DNA from: a virus
Virus record (IMG/VR): IMGVR_UViG_3300010413_000096
Coordinates: 5,279-69,278 of that record
Strand: one strand, 5' to 3'
DNA: 64,000 nucleotides
Shown: positions 17,323 through 27,461 of the stretch, piece by piece
How the letters are laid out: each line of letters begins with the position of its first letter
Position numbering within the stretch: the stretch's first letter is position 1
Notes under the pieces: generated by a model
Told to the model about the DNA's origin: nothing
The model's database searches: none
What the model saw: only the letters and a program-made list of their open reading frames with translations
Made by a program: the position numbers and the translations under genes

Positions 17323-19254
17323 TCAGGGGATTTCCCATGCCAGGGTCCCCACGATTTCGGCTACTTTATCGAAGTCGATAGTGGCCTCGGTGATTCCGTC
17401 GGTGGCAGTCTTGTCACGTTCGGCCACCACTCGGTCCAGTGTCAAGTTAGGGTAGTACAGCCCAAAGCTCGATATTTTCTGAAGGAACAGGTGCAGGGGT
17501 TGCGTTTCTTTCGTCCGCGCAGCCACCTTTTCGAGCATCGTGGCCCCTGTTTTCGTGATGGCGTAGTCGAGGCCCAGCGCGTTGACGGTGTCCATCAGAC
17601 CGCCGCGCTTTTCGACGAACTCCGTGAGGTACGGAACCTGTTCCCCTGATGTCGTTCCGTACATGGGGTCTTTCTTGAAAGCGCTGTGCGTCAGGTATGC
17701 GCCCGACGCGCCTAGCGGTAGGCTCAACAGTTTGCCGCGTCCGGGAAGCGACTTGAGGACCTTGTAGGCAGCGGCCAGCATACCCGCACCGCCACCCAAA
17801 CGAAGAAGCTTGTTGCGGTCGAGCACGTCTTGAGCGTCTTGCGCAGCACCGCGTGTCGTTTGATATACGTTGCCGCTGGTCGGGTCCACAACGTCGAGCA
17901 AGTCAGATGTTGGAAGGTCCCCGTGCTCGAGATAAGCAGGGGTCATACGCGACATCAGATAGCTCTGCATCGTTGAGCGCTTTTCCATCATCGGGTCGAT
18001 GGTCTTGAGCAGCGCCTCTTGATGCTGGGGTTCTTCTGTTTCGAGTGTTCCAGCCAACTCGTTGAGCAACGAAGGGCGTTGGCTGAACAGTTCGAAGATT
18101 TCTGATTGCAAGGCCGTGAGGTTCTCCAACACTTGCGGGGGCACCGTCACACCCGGTGCTGCTTTTTCGATGAAGAGCTGGACGAACTCAGGTGTCGTTA
18201 GAATGATACCTGCACGGGACAGGGCGGCGAGCGTATCAGCAAGGCGATAAGGCGCCAGGGCAGATAGGTCGCTACGAGAGAGCTGCGGCGTACGTTGCAC
18301 AAGCGCGGGCAGCGTGGTGTTGCGGTAGTGCTGCACCAACCCCGCTTCAGGGCTGCTCACCACAGTTGCAGGATAGCCTCGGACGACTTTGTCCATGTCC
18401 GCGAGCTTTCGTGCGGCGGCTGCTTTGTGGTTGAGGTCGTCCACCAGTTCACCCATGGTGCTCGAATCGAAGTCCTGTACTTCGTACGGCATGGCTACTT
18501 TCTTCAGCATGTAGCCAGTACGGTCCGCTGGGCGAATGACCCAGGAGCTGTCGAAGAAACGAGGACTGGGGTTGAGCGCGCCGTTGCGAATACCTGTGCT
18601 GGGGTTAAGCTGTCCCATTGCCCACTTCAGGTGGTCGCAGTAGTGCTTGCGCGTGGGCGCCATGTGCCCGCATTCGGTGCACACGTCAAACTTGATGCGG
18701 CAACCCATGCTCTTGGCAGGGAACTCACCGTCACCTATTTGTTCGACCAGGTCTGGCGCTTTGGTGTTGTTGATGTCTTCGAGGACCTCCACGCGGTGCA
18801 TGTAGGGGTTCCAAAACGCTTTGAGGATACGCCCGATGCGTTTGTTGGGGTCCTTGTTGACGTGGTGGCGAAAGACGTTCCCTTGTTCGTACGACTTGTA
18901 GTGGTGCTGGATGCACTCTTCGGGAAGAACCCAGGCGTCACGTTTCTTGTTGCTGCAACAGCCACAGCGGGGTTCGATACCCATCTTGTAGGGCTGCTCG
19001 GGGAAGCCGTCACCGTTACGGTTTAGGCCGTACCATTCGTAGCTGCCCAGGCCGATAACTAGGACGATGGTGCGTCCAGGCACCGGTTCGATGCTACGGA
19101 TGTAGTCGTGTGCGGGACTTGCGCTAGCCTCTTTAGAAAGCGGTTCGTAGCAAGGTTTACCTCGTAAACCCCACAGAACCACCGGTTGAACCGTGGGTTC
19201 ACCTGTTGGGAAGCGGTCATCCAACAGGATGATTTTGTTTCGGTCACCGTACAT
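17323..19254 (-). CDS. prohead (capsid maturation) protease with Zn finger and long C-terminal extension
   Basis: NRNGDGFP, VFRHHVN (His), KSMGCRIKFDVCTECG (Ser plus CxxC), FFDSSWVIRPAD; start MYGDRN couples by TGATG. Confidence 0.7.
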   Translation of the reverse strand: MYGDRNKIILLDDRFPTGEPTVQPVVLWGLRGKPCYEPLSKEASASPAHDYIRSIEPVPGRTIVLVIGLGSYEWYGLNRNGDGFPEQPYKMGIEPRCGCCSNKKRDAWVLPEECIQHHYKSYEQGNVFRHHVNKDPNKRIGRILKAFWNPYMHRVEVLEDINNTKAPDLVEQIGDGEFPAKSMGCRIKFDVCTECGHMAPTRKHYCDHLKWAMGQLNPSTGIRNGALNPSPRFFDSSWVIRPADRTGYMLKKVAMPYEVQDFDSSTMGELVDDLNHKAAAARKLADMDKVVRGYPATVVSSPEAGLVQHYRNTTLPALVQRTPQLSRSDLSALAPYRLADTLAALSRAGIILTTPEFVQLFIEKAAPGVTVPPQVLENLTALQSEIFELFSQRPSLLNELAGTLETEEPQHQEALLKTIDPMMEKRSTMQSYLMSRMTPAYLEHGDLPTSDLLDVVDPTSGNVYQTTRGAAQDAQDVLDRNKLLRLGGGAGMLAAAYKVLKSLPGRGKLLSLPLGASGAYLTHSAFKKDPMYGTTSGEQVPYLTEFVEKRGGLMDTVNALGLDYAITKTGATMLEKVAARTKETQPLHLFLQKISSFGLYYPNLTLDRVVAERDKTATDGITEATIDFDKVAEIVGTLAWEIP

Positions 19255-19892
19255 CAGCGTAGCAGTTGTCTCAGCAGGTCCACACCGTGCTCGGCATTGA
19301 GCATACGGCATTCATGGGCGTCTTGTCGAATGTGCGCGTCAGCGTGTTTCTCTTGGTCTTCGAGTAGCGAATCGAGAAAGCCCACGGTAGCAAGTTTTTC
19401 GAGCAGAAGCTGCTCGTTGGCATCACTGCTCATCTTGCTCATCGAAGCGCTCACGGGGACCATCTGTCCGGTGCGCGGGTCGGGTGCGTACTGCACGTGT
19501 TTCTGCGTGTCGGGGCGTGTGAGACGGTGCATCGCCATGAGACCTGCGCCGATTCCGCCAACGCCAAGTGCCGTCTGGAGTGCTTTGTTGCGGGCGTCCG
19601 CGATGGTGTCTCGGCTCTCTTCGCCAGCCCGATGGATGAGGTAGGCACCCCCAGCAGTTGCGGGGATGGCTGCGCCTAGCCCGTATGCCGCACCGCGTCC
19701 GACGGGGTTTGCCATGACCTTCGAAGCGAGTTCACCCCAGTTGACCGCTTCCTTGATGCGGGTAAAGAGCTGCTGGTCGTGTGCGGTTTTCGTTTGCAGG
19801 ACGTCAGGGTCCTCGTGTGTCTCGAGATACTTTTCGAGCGCCGCTGATTTTTTGAGTCCCGCGACGATGGCGGTGTAGAACCCGATGTCCAT
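19254..19892 (-). CDS. putative internal head/ejection protein
   Basis: KKSA, TKTA, IKEA sites; two Gly/Ala-rich hydrophobic segments. Confidence 0.6.
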   Translation of the reverse strand: MDIGFYTAIVAGLKKSAALEKYLETHEDPDVLQTKTAHDQQLFTRIKEAVNWGELASKVMANPVGRGAAYGLGAAIPATAGGAYLIHRAGEESRDTIADARNKALQTALGVGGIGAGLMAMHRLTRPDTQKHVQYAPDPRTGQMVPVSASMSKMSSDANEQLLLEKLATVGFLDSLLEDQEKHADAHIRQDAHECRMLNAEHGVDLLRQLLR

Positions 19893-19894
19893 GA

Positions 19895-20116
19895 CTACCT
19901 CATCCGCATGACGTGGCAAATGCCATCCAGCATGGCGCGTTTTTCGAGATGATGTTTCCAGAAACGGTACCCGATGAGGTAGGCCGCTTCCTTGATGGTC
20001 ACCTCGTCCCGTGCGATGGGCATGCCCTCTTGCTTGGCCATGACCGCTGCCACTTTGTGCATCTGGCCACGGAGGTTGCTACGGGCGTGTTCTGACATTG
20101 CTCGGATGATGTTCAT
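19895..20116 (-). CDS. small hypothetical head protein
   Basis: 73 aa, GAGG RBS; HKVA, IKEA, EKRA sites. Confidence 0.6.
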   Translation of the reverse strand: MNIIRAMSEHARSNLRGQMHKVAAVMAKQEGMPIARDEVTIKEAAYLIGYRFWKHHLEKRAMLDGICHVMRMR

Positions 20117-20124
20117 GGTGACCT

Positions 20125-20925
20125 CTATTTTCCGCCCAGTGGCGGATTGATGGCTCTCTCCGCGTCGGCGAGTTGCTTGATGGACATGAAGTTCGGGCCG
20201 GTGCCATACAGCACGCTCTCGCGGAGAAACGTCTTGACTGCGTTTTTGTCCGTAGCGAGCGTGGGTGCGAAGCGTACCATCGTGTGATACGCCTCGGCGA
20301 GCTGTTGCGGGTCCGCTTGTGAAATGACGTCGTCTTCGGTTTGTAGCGTCTGGAATACACCTGCGCGTGCGCGATTCCCCATCAGCTCAGCCGGGGCTTG
20401 TACGGCTTTGGACAGCACGTCAGCCATCAACCCGATGGTCTTGGTGCCAAGCTCCTTACCTACGGACTTGGCAAACGCAGTGGCTGCTTCTTCGTCGAGC
20501 TTCTCCCGTTCGCGCATCGTGGGGATGACGGACTTTTGGATGCGCTTTCCCAACGCTTGAATTGTCGGTCCACCGAGTTCATTCAGCGCGATGAGCGAAC
20601 CACCGACGAGTGCAGCCTTGCCGGGATTGGCGAGAATCTTGGCACCGAGACCTTTGAGAAGGTCACCGATGCCCTTCTTCGCAAAGCCGAAGGCCATCTG
20701 CTTGCCTCCGGCAGCCGTCTTTTCGGTGCCCTGTAGCGCCGCACGTTTGTCGATGAATGGTTGTGCATCGACTGGCATGACTGGTCCTCCTGGTGTCGTG
20801 TACGGCGCTTCAAGCAGAGCTTTCGAATAGGCATCGTATCGCTTTTTGAAGCGAGCGCCTATGCCACCCAAACCGGGGGCATTCTCTGCAATGGCGTCTA
20901 ACGTATCTGCGTTTATGATGGTCAT
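20125..20925 (-). CDS. putative internal head protein
   Basis: start MTIINA (ATGA coupling); EKTA site; C-terminal FAPTLATDKNAVKTFLR domain. Confidence 0.6.
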   Translation of the reverse strand: MTIINADTLDAIAENAPGLGGIGARFKKRYDAYSKALLEAPYTTPGGPVMPVDAQPFIDKRAALQGTEKTAAGGKQMAFGFAKKGIGDLLKGLGAKILANPGKAALVGGSLIALNELGGPTIQALGKRIQKSVIPTMREREKLDEEAATAFAKSVGKELGTKTIGLMADVLSKAVQAPAELMGNRARAGVFQTLQTEDDVISQADPQQLAEAYHTMVRFAPTLATDKNAVKTFLRESVLYGTGPNFMSIKQLADAERAINPPLGGK

Positions 20926-21743
20926 TGTTCCAAGTTTTTCAAGTATTCGGCTGTCTTGTCCATCCCTTGTTTCAGTTGGGTGATTTCTTCTGAGCACGTC
21001 ATCATCGTGGCGAGCATCTGCATCTCGGGGGTGCTCGAGTCGACCACACGTGCGACCTTCATCATGGCGTCGTGGTCGTAGGTAGCGGCCTCTTTTTTGA
21101 GGCTCTGACGGAGCAGTTGCAGATGCGGTGCTGCGCGGTCACCCCACTTGTAGAAGGCGTCTTTCTCGAACGCTTCAAACGGGACGCCGTTGAGCCGTGT
21201 GAAGACTGTGGCGAGCTTCTGGAACGTGTCCGTCAGCTCCACACGCTTCTGGTACTCCTGTTCCTTGAGCACCTCGGCCGTTTTGCGCAGCTTCATTATC
21301 ATGATGTGACCCCGGACTTTGGGCTCGCCCACCTTGTTCAGGTTGTCCTCGGGTCCCGCCATGTTGAGCTGAGGCGCGTCGGGTCGCGTGGTGGGTAGGT
21401 CGGCCGTCAAGTCATCAGGGGAAACACCTGCTGGACAGCCGGCTTGCTCCACTGCGTCCATGACCTCCTTGGCCGCACCGATGAGCTTCTGGATAGCTGC
21501 GTTGGGGTCGGCGGTCTGGAACTCCGTGGCGTCCATCTTGTCCGGCCCTTCGGCTTCGCTGAACTTACGCTGGAAGGCCATGTTGTTTGCGGCTTCGACA
21601 AGACGCTTGATTTGTTCGGGGTTGAAGTTCTCGCGACCAGCGACCTTGACCACACCCTCGGTCATCGGAACGGCGTCAGTGAAAAAGCCGTCGACGACTT
21701 CGCTGGCGAATTTTTCGAGGTTTCTTTCTGTGAGCATGGCCAT
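20922..21743 (-). CDS. putative head core/scaffold protein
   Basis: start MAMLTER with AGGAGG RBS; FNPEQIKRLVEAAN motif; helical. Confidence 0.6.
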   Translation of the reverse strand: MAMLTERNLEKFASEVVDGFFTDAVPMTEGVVKVAGRENFNPEQIKRLVEAANNMAFQRKFSEAEGPDKMDATEFQTADPNAAIQKLIGAAKEVMDAVEQAGCPAGVSPDDLTADLPTTRPDAPQLNMAGPEDNLNKVGEPKVRGHIMIMKLRKTAEVLKEQEYQKRVELTDTFQKLATVFTRLNGVPFEAFEKDAFYKWGDRAAPHLQLLRQSLKKEAATYDHDAMMKVARVVDSSTPEMQMLATMMTCSEEITQLKQGMDKTAEYLKNLEQ

Positions 21744-21753
21744 GGCCTTCCTC

Positions 21754-22455
21754 CTAATTATGGAGAATCTCATCCGGGTGCGGAGCACCAACGGTATGGA
21801 CGCTAATTGAGTTGTCTTGGTACGTCAGTGCCAGCTTCAGCTCGGCCAGTGCATCAACATCGTCGGTCGGGTTGAGCTTCTGCAAGTTGGCTGCTGCTTG
21901 GATTGCCGTTCGGCTGTGCTCCAGTGCGGCGCGTGCAGTCGGTGAGTTGAGCGGTGCTGTACGTCCCGCGAGTGCTTTGTACATGTTCTCCGTCATCATG
22001 GTCTCCAACACGTCGATGGGCGCGTGTCGCATCGTTTTGCGTCCAGGACTGAGAAGCCAGATGAGCACTTCGGGGCCACCAGTGATGACCGTTTCGAGCA
22101 TCATCGCCTCTTGTGGAGGCACGTGCATGCGCATCACGTTGACGTAGTTGTATCGTTCGAGACGGTTGCGGAAAACAGTCACGTCGAAGAAGTAGTCGCA
22201 GTAGGCCTGCAAGACGTCCACGGGAATCTCGGTGGTTTGATGAATGAGGCTCAGTGATGCGCCACCAAGAATGAGCGAGTCGAGGATGATGCGAATGTTC
22301 TCCTGGTCGTACTGCTCCCAGGCGTACTGCACCTCGTCAGGAACCTTCTGTCCTTTCATCGCCTTCACTATGAGTGCGATTTTCGGGTCAGTGGGCTTCC
22401 TGTTGTCCTCGATAGCGGCCAAAGCCGCGTGGACTCTGAAATGCGGGTCTACCAT
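21754..22455 (-). CDS. hypothetical protein
   Basis: 233 aa helical; LQAYCDYFFDV motif. Confidence 0.6.
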   Translation of the reverse strand: MVDPHFRVHAALAAIEDNRKPTDPKIALIVKAMKGQKVPDEVQYAWEQYDQENIRIILDSLILGGASLSLIHQTTEIPVDVLQAYCDYFFDVTVFRNRLERYNYVNVMRMHVPPQEAMMLETVITGGPEVLIWLLSPGRKTMRHAPIDVLETMMTENMYKALAGRTAPLNSPTARAALEHSRTAIQAAANLQKLNPTDDVDALAELKLALTYQDNSISVHTVGAPHPDEILHN

Positions 22456-22458
22456 CTA

Positions 22459-25041
22459 CTACACCCCTGGTGCGACGTTTTCGTCGACGACGATGGCGTT
22501 GCGGTTCATCTGAAGGATGAGCTTGCCGAGACCCTCAAACACGACGCGGATGTTGTCCTCGGTGTCGGAGTAGTCTTCATCGCCGAGCTGTTCTTTGAGT
22601 TCTGCCTCCTGCATCCACATGGTCAGCAAAACACGCCCGAGGTTGTCGAGCGCGCGTTCCAGTGTAGGAACGTAGTCGACGACCATGTCCCGAAAGCTCG
22701 GAGCTTGCGCCATGCTGGCGATGGCTGCGGCATCGAAGGCACCGGTGTCCGCCAGGTTCGCCGCGCTCTCCAGGAACTGCGGGTTGACCTGTTGCTGAAT
22801 CTCCATCGCCGATGGTGATTCCGTGGTCATGGACGCATTTCCAGTGGGCGGCATACCGCCTTCCATGCCAGGTGACATGCCGGCTGCTGCCATGCCGCCA
22901 CCCATCGCTTCGGGAGCGGGGGCAGGCATGGCACCCCCCTGGGGCGGTGCACCCGGAGGAGGAGCACCTTGAGGAGCACCCATGCCTGGCATGGGCATCG
23001 GAGGTGCACCTTGCTGGACGGCGGCTTGGCCACCACCAGCGACTTCTTGAGCGCGCTGCTGCACCATCTGGAGCGTTTGCGCCTTGTCCTGAAGCGCCAT
23101 CGACTGTTGTTGCAGGTCCGCCATCTGCTGTTGGATTTGCGTCTGGGCTTCGCCCATCGCGATGTCCAGTGGAGACGGAGGTGCCGGAGGTGGCGCACCG
23201 CCCTGCATCGAGGGGTCCATCATGGACGGGTCCATCGGAGCCCCTCCGGGCGGTGGTGCACCACCAGCAGCCGCCGGGTCACCCATCATCGGAACCTGCG
23301 CCATCTTCGTTAACATGCTTGGTGACAAGATGTACGCAACGGCCCGACCATTCGGTCGACCGGCAGCTTCCTTCACCAACGCTTCTGCTTCGGTGAAGGG
23401 GATGTTGTATTTCAGAGCGGCGGCCTTCATGGCGCCGACCATGTTGTAGCGGTCTTGCGTGCCATCGAGAGAAAACTGGCCCGCGCCTGCGTTTTTCACG
23501 CTGACGGAGTTGGCTCCCATGGCGTCAAACTTGTCCTTGAACCAGCGGTTGACTTCGCTGGGGGTTGAGAGCAGTTCGCCGTTGGTCATCGGTTCGTCTT
23601 TGAGCCGGATGTAGCGTGCACTGGGCGGAATGAAGACGACGGGTTCGTTCTTGGGCTGGTGCAGCCCCATCTTCGCCGCGTTCTTGTCCATCACGAGGAC
23701 GGTGTTCTCCCAGTCCTGGAGCGTGATGCGCTTGATGCCGTTGCTCGACGCGATGCTCTTGATGCGAAACGGCTCGGTGCCGACCCAGGTCTGGCCTTTT
23801 TGGACCACGAATATACCCCGGTCGCCCACGCGTGGTTGCTGTCCACCTTGTTCGTTGGACACGGCGTTGAAGATGGCGGTCGGCCCGTCTTTCTGTTCCT
23901 CGAGCGGCGCGGCGACCATCTTGCTGGTACGACGCCAGGCACCGCCACGCGTGACGACGATGAAGTCCTTGTTGTGCTGGCCGAAACCGAGCGTGTCCTT
24001 GCGTTTGCCGTGCCGTCGTTCGGGGCCATCGGAAAAGTCGTTCGTGACCCTGCGCGGGTTGTGCAAGATGAACGCGTTCTGTTCCTTGCCATCCGAGGTG
24101 AAGATACGGTAGAAGCCCGTGTCGGATGGCGTCTTGAGCTTCTCTTCTCCCTGAATCTGCACCGCGCTGTCGGTGTTTTCGCGATTGTCCTTGGCAGTGT
24201 AGCCCTTCAGGAGTACCCCTTGGTACGCTTCGGGAGCCTTGTCTCCGAAGACCTCCTTGAACTTGGTTGCGGGGGTGTCTTTGTCAGCCACGAACAGCGC
24301 ACCGCCCTTGGGAGACGTTGCCGAGGCCGTCTTGGTCGTTTCGAGAGCGCCCGCGATGTTGTCGAGACCGTACATCAACGTGACGCTGGCCGCGAGCTTG
24401 GGGCGGCTTTTGAGCACGTTGTAGAACGCCTCCTTGATGGTGTCGGGGGCAAACGAAAGGAACCTGAGCAGCACGGGCGTGGTCCGTTCGGCCGCTTCTT
24501 TCGTCATGCGCTCGAGCATGCGATAAATATCGGCAGCGATGACCTCTTCCGTGAGCGGTTCGTTCCGCGCGGCGGCGTAGGCGTAGCGGCCCGTGGTTGG
24601 CGGAATCATGATGTTGCGCGTGTCGATGTTGCGACGAAGCGATTTGGGTGCGTCGATGGCTTCGCCCGTTTCGTCAAGCGTCAACTGACTCACTTCGTTC
24701 AACCAGTCGTTGTTCAACGGCAAGAAGACGTTGAGCCCCTTGTGGTAGAACATGTCGAGCGGTTTGATTTGGTTGTCCGCCATGACCACCGGGATGTAGA
24801 GCGTCTCGTTCTCGTGTTGCACGACGAACGCTCCCGCACCCGCACCGTTCTCGATGTCGGTGTCGAGAATCTTGAACGTGACAACGTCTTGGATGAGGTC
24901 AGGGAACTTGCTGACCAGGACGTTGTACGCCATCTGGCTGAGCCCTTCTTCGAAGAGCTTGGTTTCTTCGTCGCCCGAAGGCGCACCCTGTGCGAAAGCC
25001 TGGGTTCGCGGTGACATCGGCTGTGCGTGTTTTTGCATCAT
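22459..25041 (-). CDS. large putative internal head protein with Met/Pro/Gly-rich low-complexity region
   Basis: 860 aa; N-terminal LYIPVVMADNQIKPLDMFY domain; KHA, KEA, KTA, KMA sites at domain borders. Confidence 0.7.
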   Translation of the reverse strand: MMQKHAQPMSPRTQAFAQGAPSGDEETKLFEEGLSQMAYNVLVSKFPDLIQDVVTFKILDTDIENGAGAGAFVVQHENETLYIPVVMADNQIKPLDMFYHKGLNVFLPLNNDWLNEVSQLTLDETGEAIDAPKSLRRNIDTRNIMIPPTTGRYAYAAARNEPLTEEVIAADIYRMLERMTKEAAERTTPVLLRFLSFAPDTIKEAFYNVLKSRPKLAASVTLMYGLDNIAGALETTKTASATSPKGGALFVADKDTPATKFKEVFGDKAPEAYQGVLLKGYTAKDNRENTDSAVQIQGEEKLKTPSDTGFYRIFTSDGKEQNAFILHNPRRVTNDFSDGPERRHGKRKDTLGFGQHNKDFIVVTRGGAWRRTSKMVAAPLEEQKDGPTAIFNAVSNEQGGQQPRVGDRGIFVVQKGQTWVGTEPFRIKSIASSNGIKRITLQDWENTVLVMDKNAAKMGLHQPKNEPVVFIPPSARYIRLKDEPMTNGELLSTPSEVNRWFKDKFDAMGANSVSVKNAGAGQFSLDGTQDRYNMVGAMKAAALKYNIPFTEAEALVKEAAGRPNGRAVAYILSPSMLTKMAQVPMMGDPAAAGGAPPPGGAPMDPSMMDPSMQGGAPPPAPPSPLDIAMGEAQTQIQQQMADLQQQSMALQDKAQTLQMVQQRAQEVAGGGQAAVQQGAPPMPMPGMGAPQGAPPPGAPPQGGAMPAPAPEAMGGGMAAAGMSPGMEGGMPPTGNASMTTESPSAMEIQQQVNPQFLESAANLADTGAFDAAAIASMAQAPSFRDMVVDYVPTLERALDNLGRVLLTMWMQEAELKEQLGDEDYSDTEDNIRVVFEGLGKLILQMNRNAIVVDENVAPGV

Positions 25042-25646
25042 AGTTTTCTTCCCGCCTGGTAAATCAACGCCGGCGACATGCTCGACAACACGTGCGCCAT
25101 GAATGCCGGGCCGAGTGTTTTCATGGCGTCCACCTTTTGTGGACTTGCCTGTATGGCACGCAAACTCGACTGCGCCTCTTCCATCAATTCTGGCGCTGCA
25201 ACAGCCGCAGACAAGGCTGAAAGCGTCTTCAGGATGTCGTCACGACGTGCCTTGTTCTGAATGAACGCACGTAGTGCCAGCATCGTGGGCATGGCGGCCA
25301 CGTTGTTCACACGTGCAACACCTTGCGCGGCTCTCAACACCTTGCGGTACAACCCTTCTTGGCGGACGCTGTCCGCGTGCTCTATCTCATGAGCCAATCC
25401 GATTGGCTCTACTTGCCCTAAAAGTATCTCACCTTTATCGAAATTATAGAACGCATTCGGCAAATTGGGCATGATGCGCACTTTCGTGTGCGCGAGGTTG
25501 GGGTTCCGCTTTATGGCGCGTGTGGCCACCTGTTGGATACCCGTGGCGCGTTCGGGCGTGCTGTAGTAACTCGCGGGACCTCCGGTCACAGCGATGAGGT
25601 GCTGTACGCCTTCGGTCTGCGTGAGGTCTTTCAGCGTCACGCTCAT
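25038..25646 (-). CDS. HExxH zinc-metallopeptidase-like protein
   Basis: NAFY...EILL...LAHEIEHA and downstream EEAQSS third-ligand motif. Confidence 0.55.
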   Translation of the reverse strand: MSVTLKDLTQTEGVQHLIAVTGGPASYYSTPERATGIQQVATRAIKRNPNLAHTKVRIMPNLPNAFYNFDKGEILLGQVEPIGLAHEIEHADSVRQEGLYRKVLRAAQGVARVNNVAAMPTMLALRAFIQNKARRDDILKTLSALSAAVAAPELMEEAQSSLRAIQASPQKVDAMKTLGPAFMAHVLSSMSPALIYQAGRKL

Positions 25647-25867
25647 TGGGCCAACTTCCCTGTGTCCGTCACGACCTTGGGGGCAGGTTCCGTGGCGGTA
25701 GCGTTCTGTTTACCGAGTAAAGATAAGACGGAGCCGCCCGTTTGTTGTGGTTGGGCGGAAGGCTCTTGTTGCAGCTCAGGCGAGATGTCAGCGGGCTCTG
25801 CTGCCTGGGGAAGAAGCTGCTCTTGAATGAGCTGGGCAGCTATCTTGAATGCGAGGGGAGGAATCAT
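25643..25867 (-). CDS. small hypothetical protein
   Basis: 74 aa, GGAGG upstream, AFKIA motif. Confidence 0.5.
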   Translation of the reverse strand: MIPPLAFKIAAQLIQEQLLPQAAEPADISPELQQEPSAQPQQTGGSVLSLLGKQNATATEPAPKVVTDTGKLAQ

Positions 25868-25939
25868 TGGCGCCCGCCTCCATGCCGGTGACGCCCGGCG
25901 CGGGCGCGTCCACGCAACCAGTACCGGGCTGGTACGAAA

Positions 25940-27379
25940 TTACGCGCTTGCGGCGACGCCCGTCTGACTGATTTGACGGATGCGCGCGAGCAAGTCGACC
26001 TGACCACATTTGCTGCTGTCGGAGGAGCCCTCGTCCTTCTTGGGCTCGTCCTTCATCGGCTCTTCCTTCTTCGGCGGCTCGCCGTTGCTTTCGCTGCCGC
26101 CCTTGGCCTTGATGGCGTTCTTCAGGGCGTCGGGAAGCTTCTCCTGGCCGGGAGTCAGCTCGGCGCCGGTCTTCTGGTTGCTCCGGGTGCGGTTCTCGCG
26201 CTTGCGGCCGTACGGGTTCTCGTAGCGGCGGCGCTCGCGAGTGCACTCGGCGTGCTTCTGCGCGGCTTCCACGGCCTCGTCATCGGTGGCTCCTGCGTCC
26301 TTGTGGAGCAGGCCGATGTACTGGTTCCGCTCGTCGTCGTTCAGCCCCATCAGCTTGCGGATGTGGCCCACCTTCTCGTCTTCCGACAGGTTGGTGGGGA
26401 GATGGGCACCGACCTCTTCGGCGGTCTTGCGGAAGAGCGCCAAGAAGGGGTCCGCCGAACCTTCTTTGGCGGCGGTGGAGTGCTGCACCACGGTGTTGCC
26501 GGAACCGCCCGGAGTCGAACCGGCCGGGCTCTCGCCGGGCTGGTGCGGATGGGGCTGTTCGGCTCCGACCGTACCCACGCCTTTGCCGGCGGGGTGGTCG
26601 CTCTGGCCAACGGCCTGGACGCCCTTGTGCGCGTAGCCTTCGGGCCGACGGTCGGCTTCGAGCTTGCCTTCACCGGTCGTCGCGGCAGCCATGCCCAGGG
26701 TGTTGCCTTTGTCCCCACCGGAGATGGTGGAGCCCATGGCGACCTTCTGGATGATGGCACGCAGCTCGCCAGCCTTCGACTGCTCGATGACCGTGTTGTC
26801 GCCCGAGGGGGTCTCGCCGGGAGCTTCGGGAGCCGGGATGGTCTCGGCACCCACGACACCTTCGCCACGACCGGCCGGGGACTCGGTGTTCCCCACGCCC
26901 TGGACGCCCATCACGTACTTGCCTTGCGGCCGACGTGCGGCTTCCATCTGGGTTTCGCCAGCGGGCGCATCGGTCATGTCGTTGCCCTTGTCACCACCTT
27001 CGATGGTGGAGCCGACGGCGACCTTGGTTTCCTCCGCTGCCTTGACCATGACGGCGTACCCTTGCTCGTGAGCGCGGGTGTCGAGGTCGCGAGCGGACGA
27101 TGTCTTCAGCGCCTCTTCCTCCGGCATCGGGGGAGCACCTTCGGCCATGCCCGCGCCACCGGTCTCTTCGACCAGCTTGTTCGCGGCGTCCACGAGGGTC
27201 GCGGCGACATCGGCGGCGGTCTCCGGAGAGACGGGCTCACCGGCGGGCTCTTCTGGCATCTGGTCACCCACGGCGTCGGCAACCGCATCGGCGGCTTCCT
27301 TGGTCGCGTAACGAACGATTCCGAGGCGGACCAACTCGTCGTTGATGCCTCGCGCATATGCTCTCTTGAACAGTGACAT
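25940..27379 (-). CDS. abundant putative internal head protein with tandem repeats
   Basis: start MSLFKRA with GGAGG RBS; two ~85-aa repeats starting KVA(V/M)GSTI.GGDKGN; strong codon bias. Confidence 0.7.
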   Translation of the reverse strand: MSLFKRAYARGINDELVRLGIVRYATKEAADAVADAVGDQMPEEPAGEPVSPETAADVAATLVDAANKLVEETGGAGMAEGAPPMPEEEALKTSSARDLDTRAHEQGYAVMVKAAEETKVAVGSTIEGGDKGNDMTDAPAGETQMEAARRPQGKYVMGVQGVGNTESPAGRGEGVVGAETIPAPEAPGETPSGDNTVIEQSKAGELRAIIQKVAMGSTISGGDKGNTLGMAAATTGEGKLEADRRPEGYAHKGVQAVGQSDHPAGKGVGTVGAEQPHPHQPGESPAGSTPGGSGNTVVQHSTAAKEGSADPFLALFRKTAEEVGAHLPTNLSEDEKVGHIRKLMGLNDDERNQYIGLLHKDAGATDDEAVEAAQKHAECTRERRRYENPYGRKRENRTRSNQKTGAELTPGQEKLPDALKNAIKAKGGSESNGEPPKKEEPMKDEPKKDEGSSDSSKCGQVDLLARIRQISQTGVAASA

Positions 27380-27428
27380 TTGTTTCCTCCACACGCGGGT
27401 GGTTGGCTCCCTTGTGAAAGTCAACCCA

Positions 27429-27457
27429 AATATAGGTCAACTGCTGTGATTTTCCAA
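27429..27457 (-). promoter_or_regulatory. putative late promoter
   Basis: TTGGAA-17 bp (ending GACC)-TATATT; downstream TGGGTTGA shared with the 17287 promoter. Confidence 0.65.
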
Positions 27458-27461
27458 GTGT

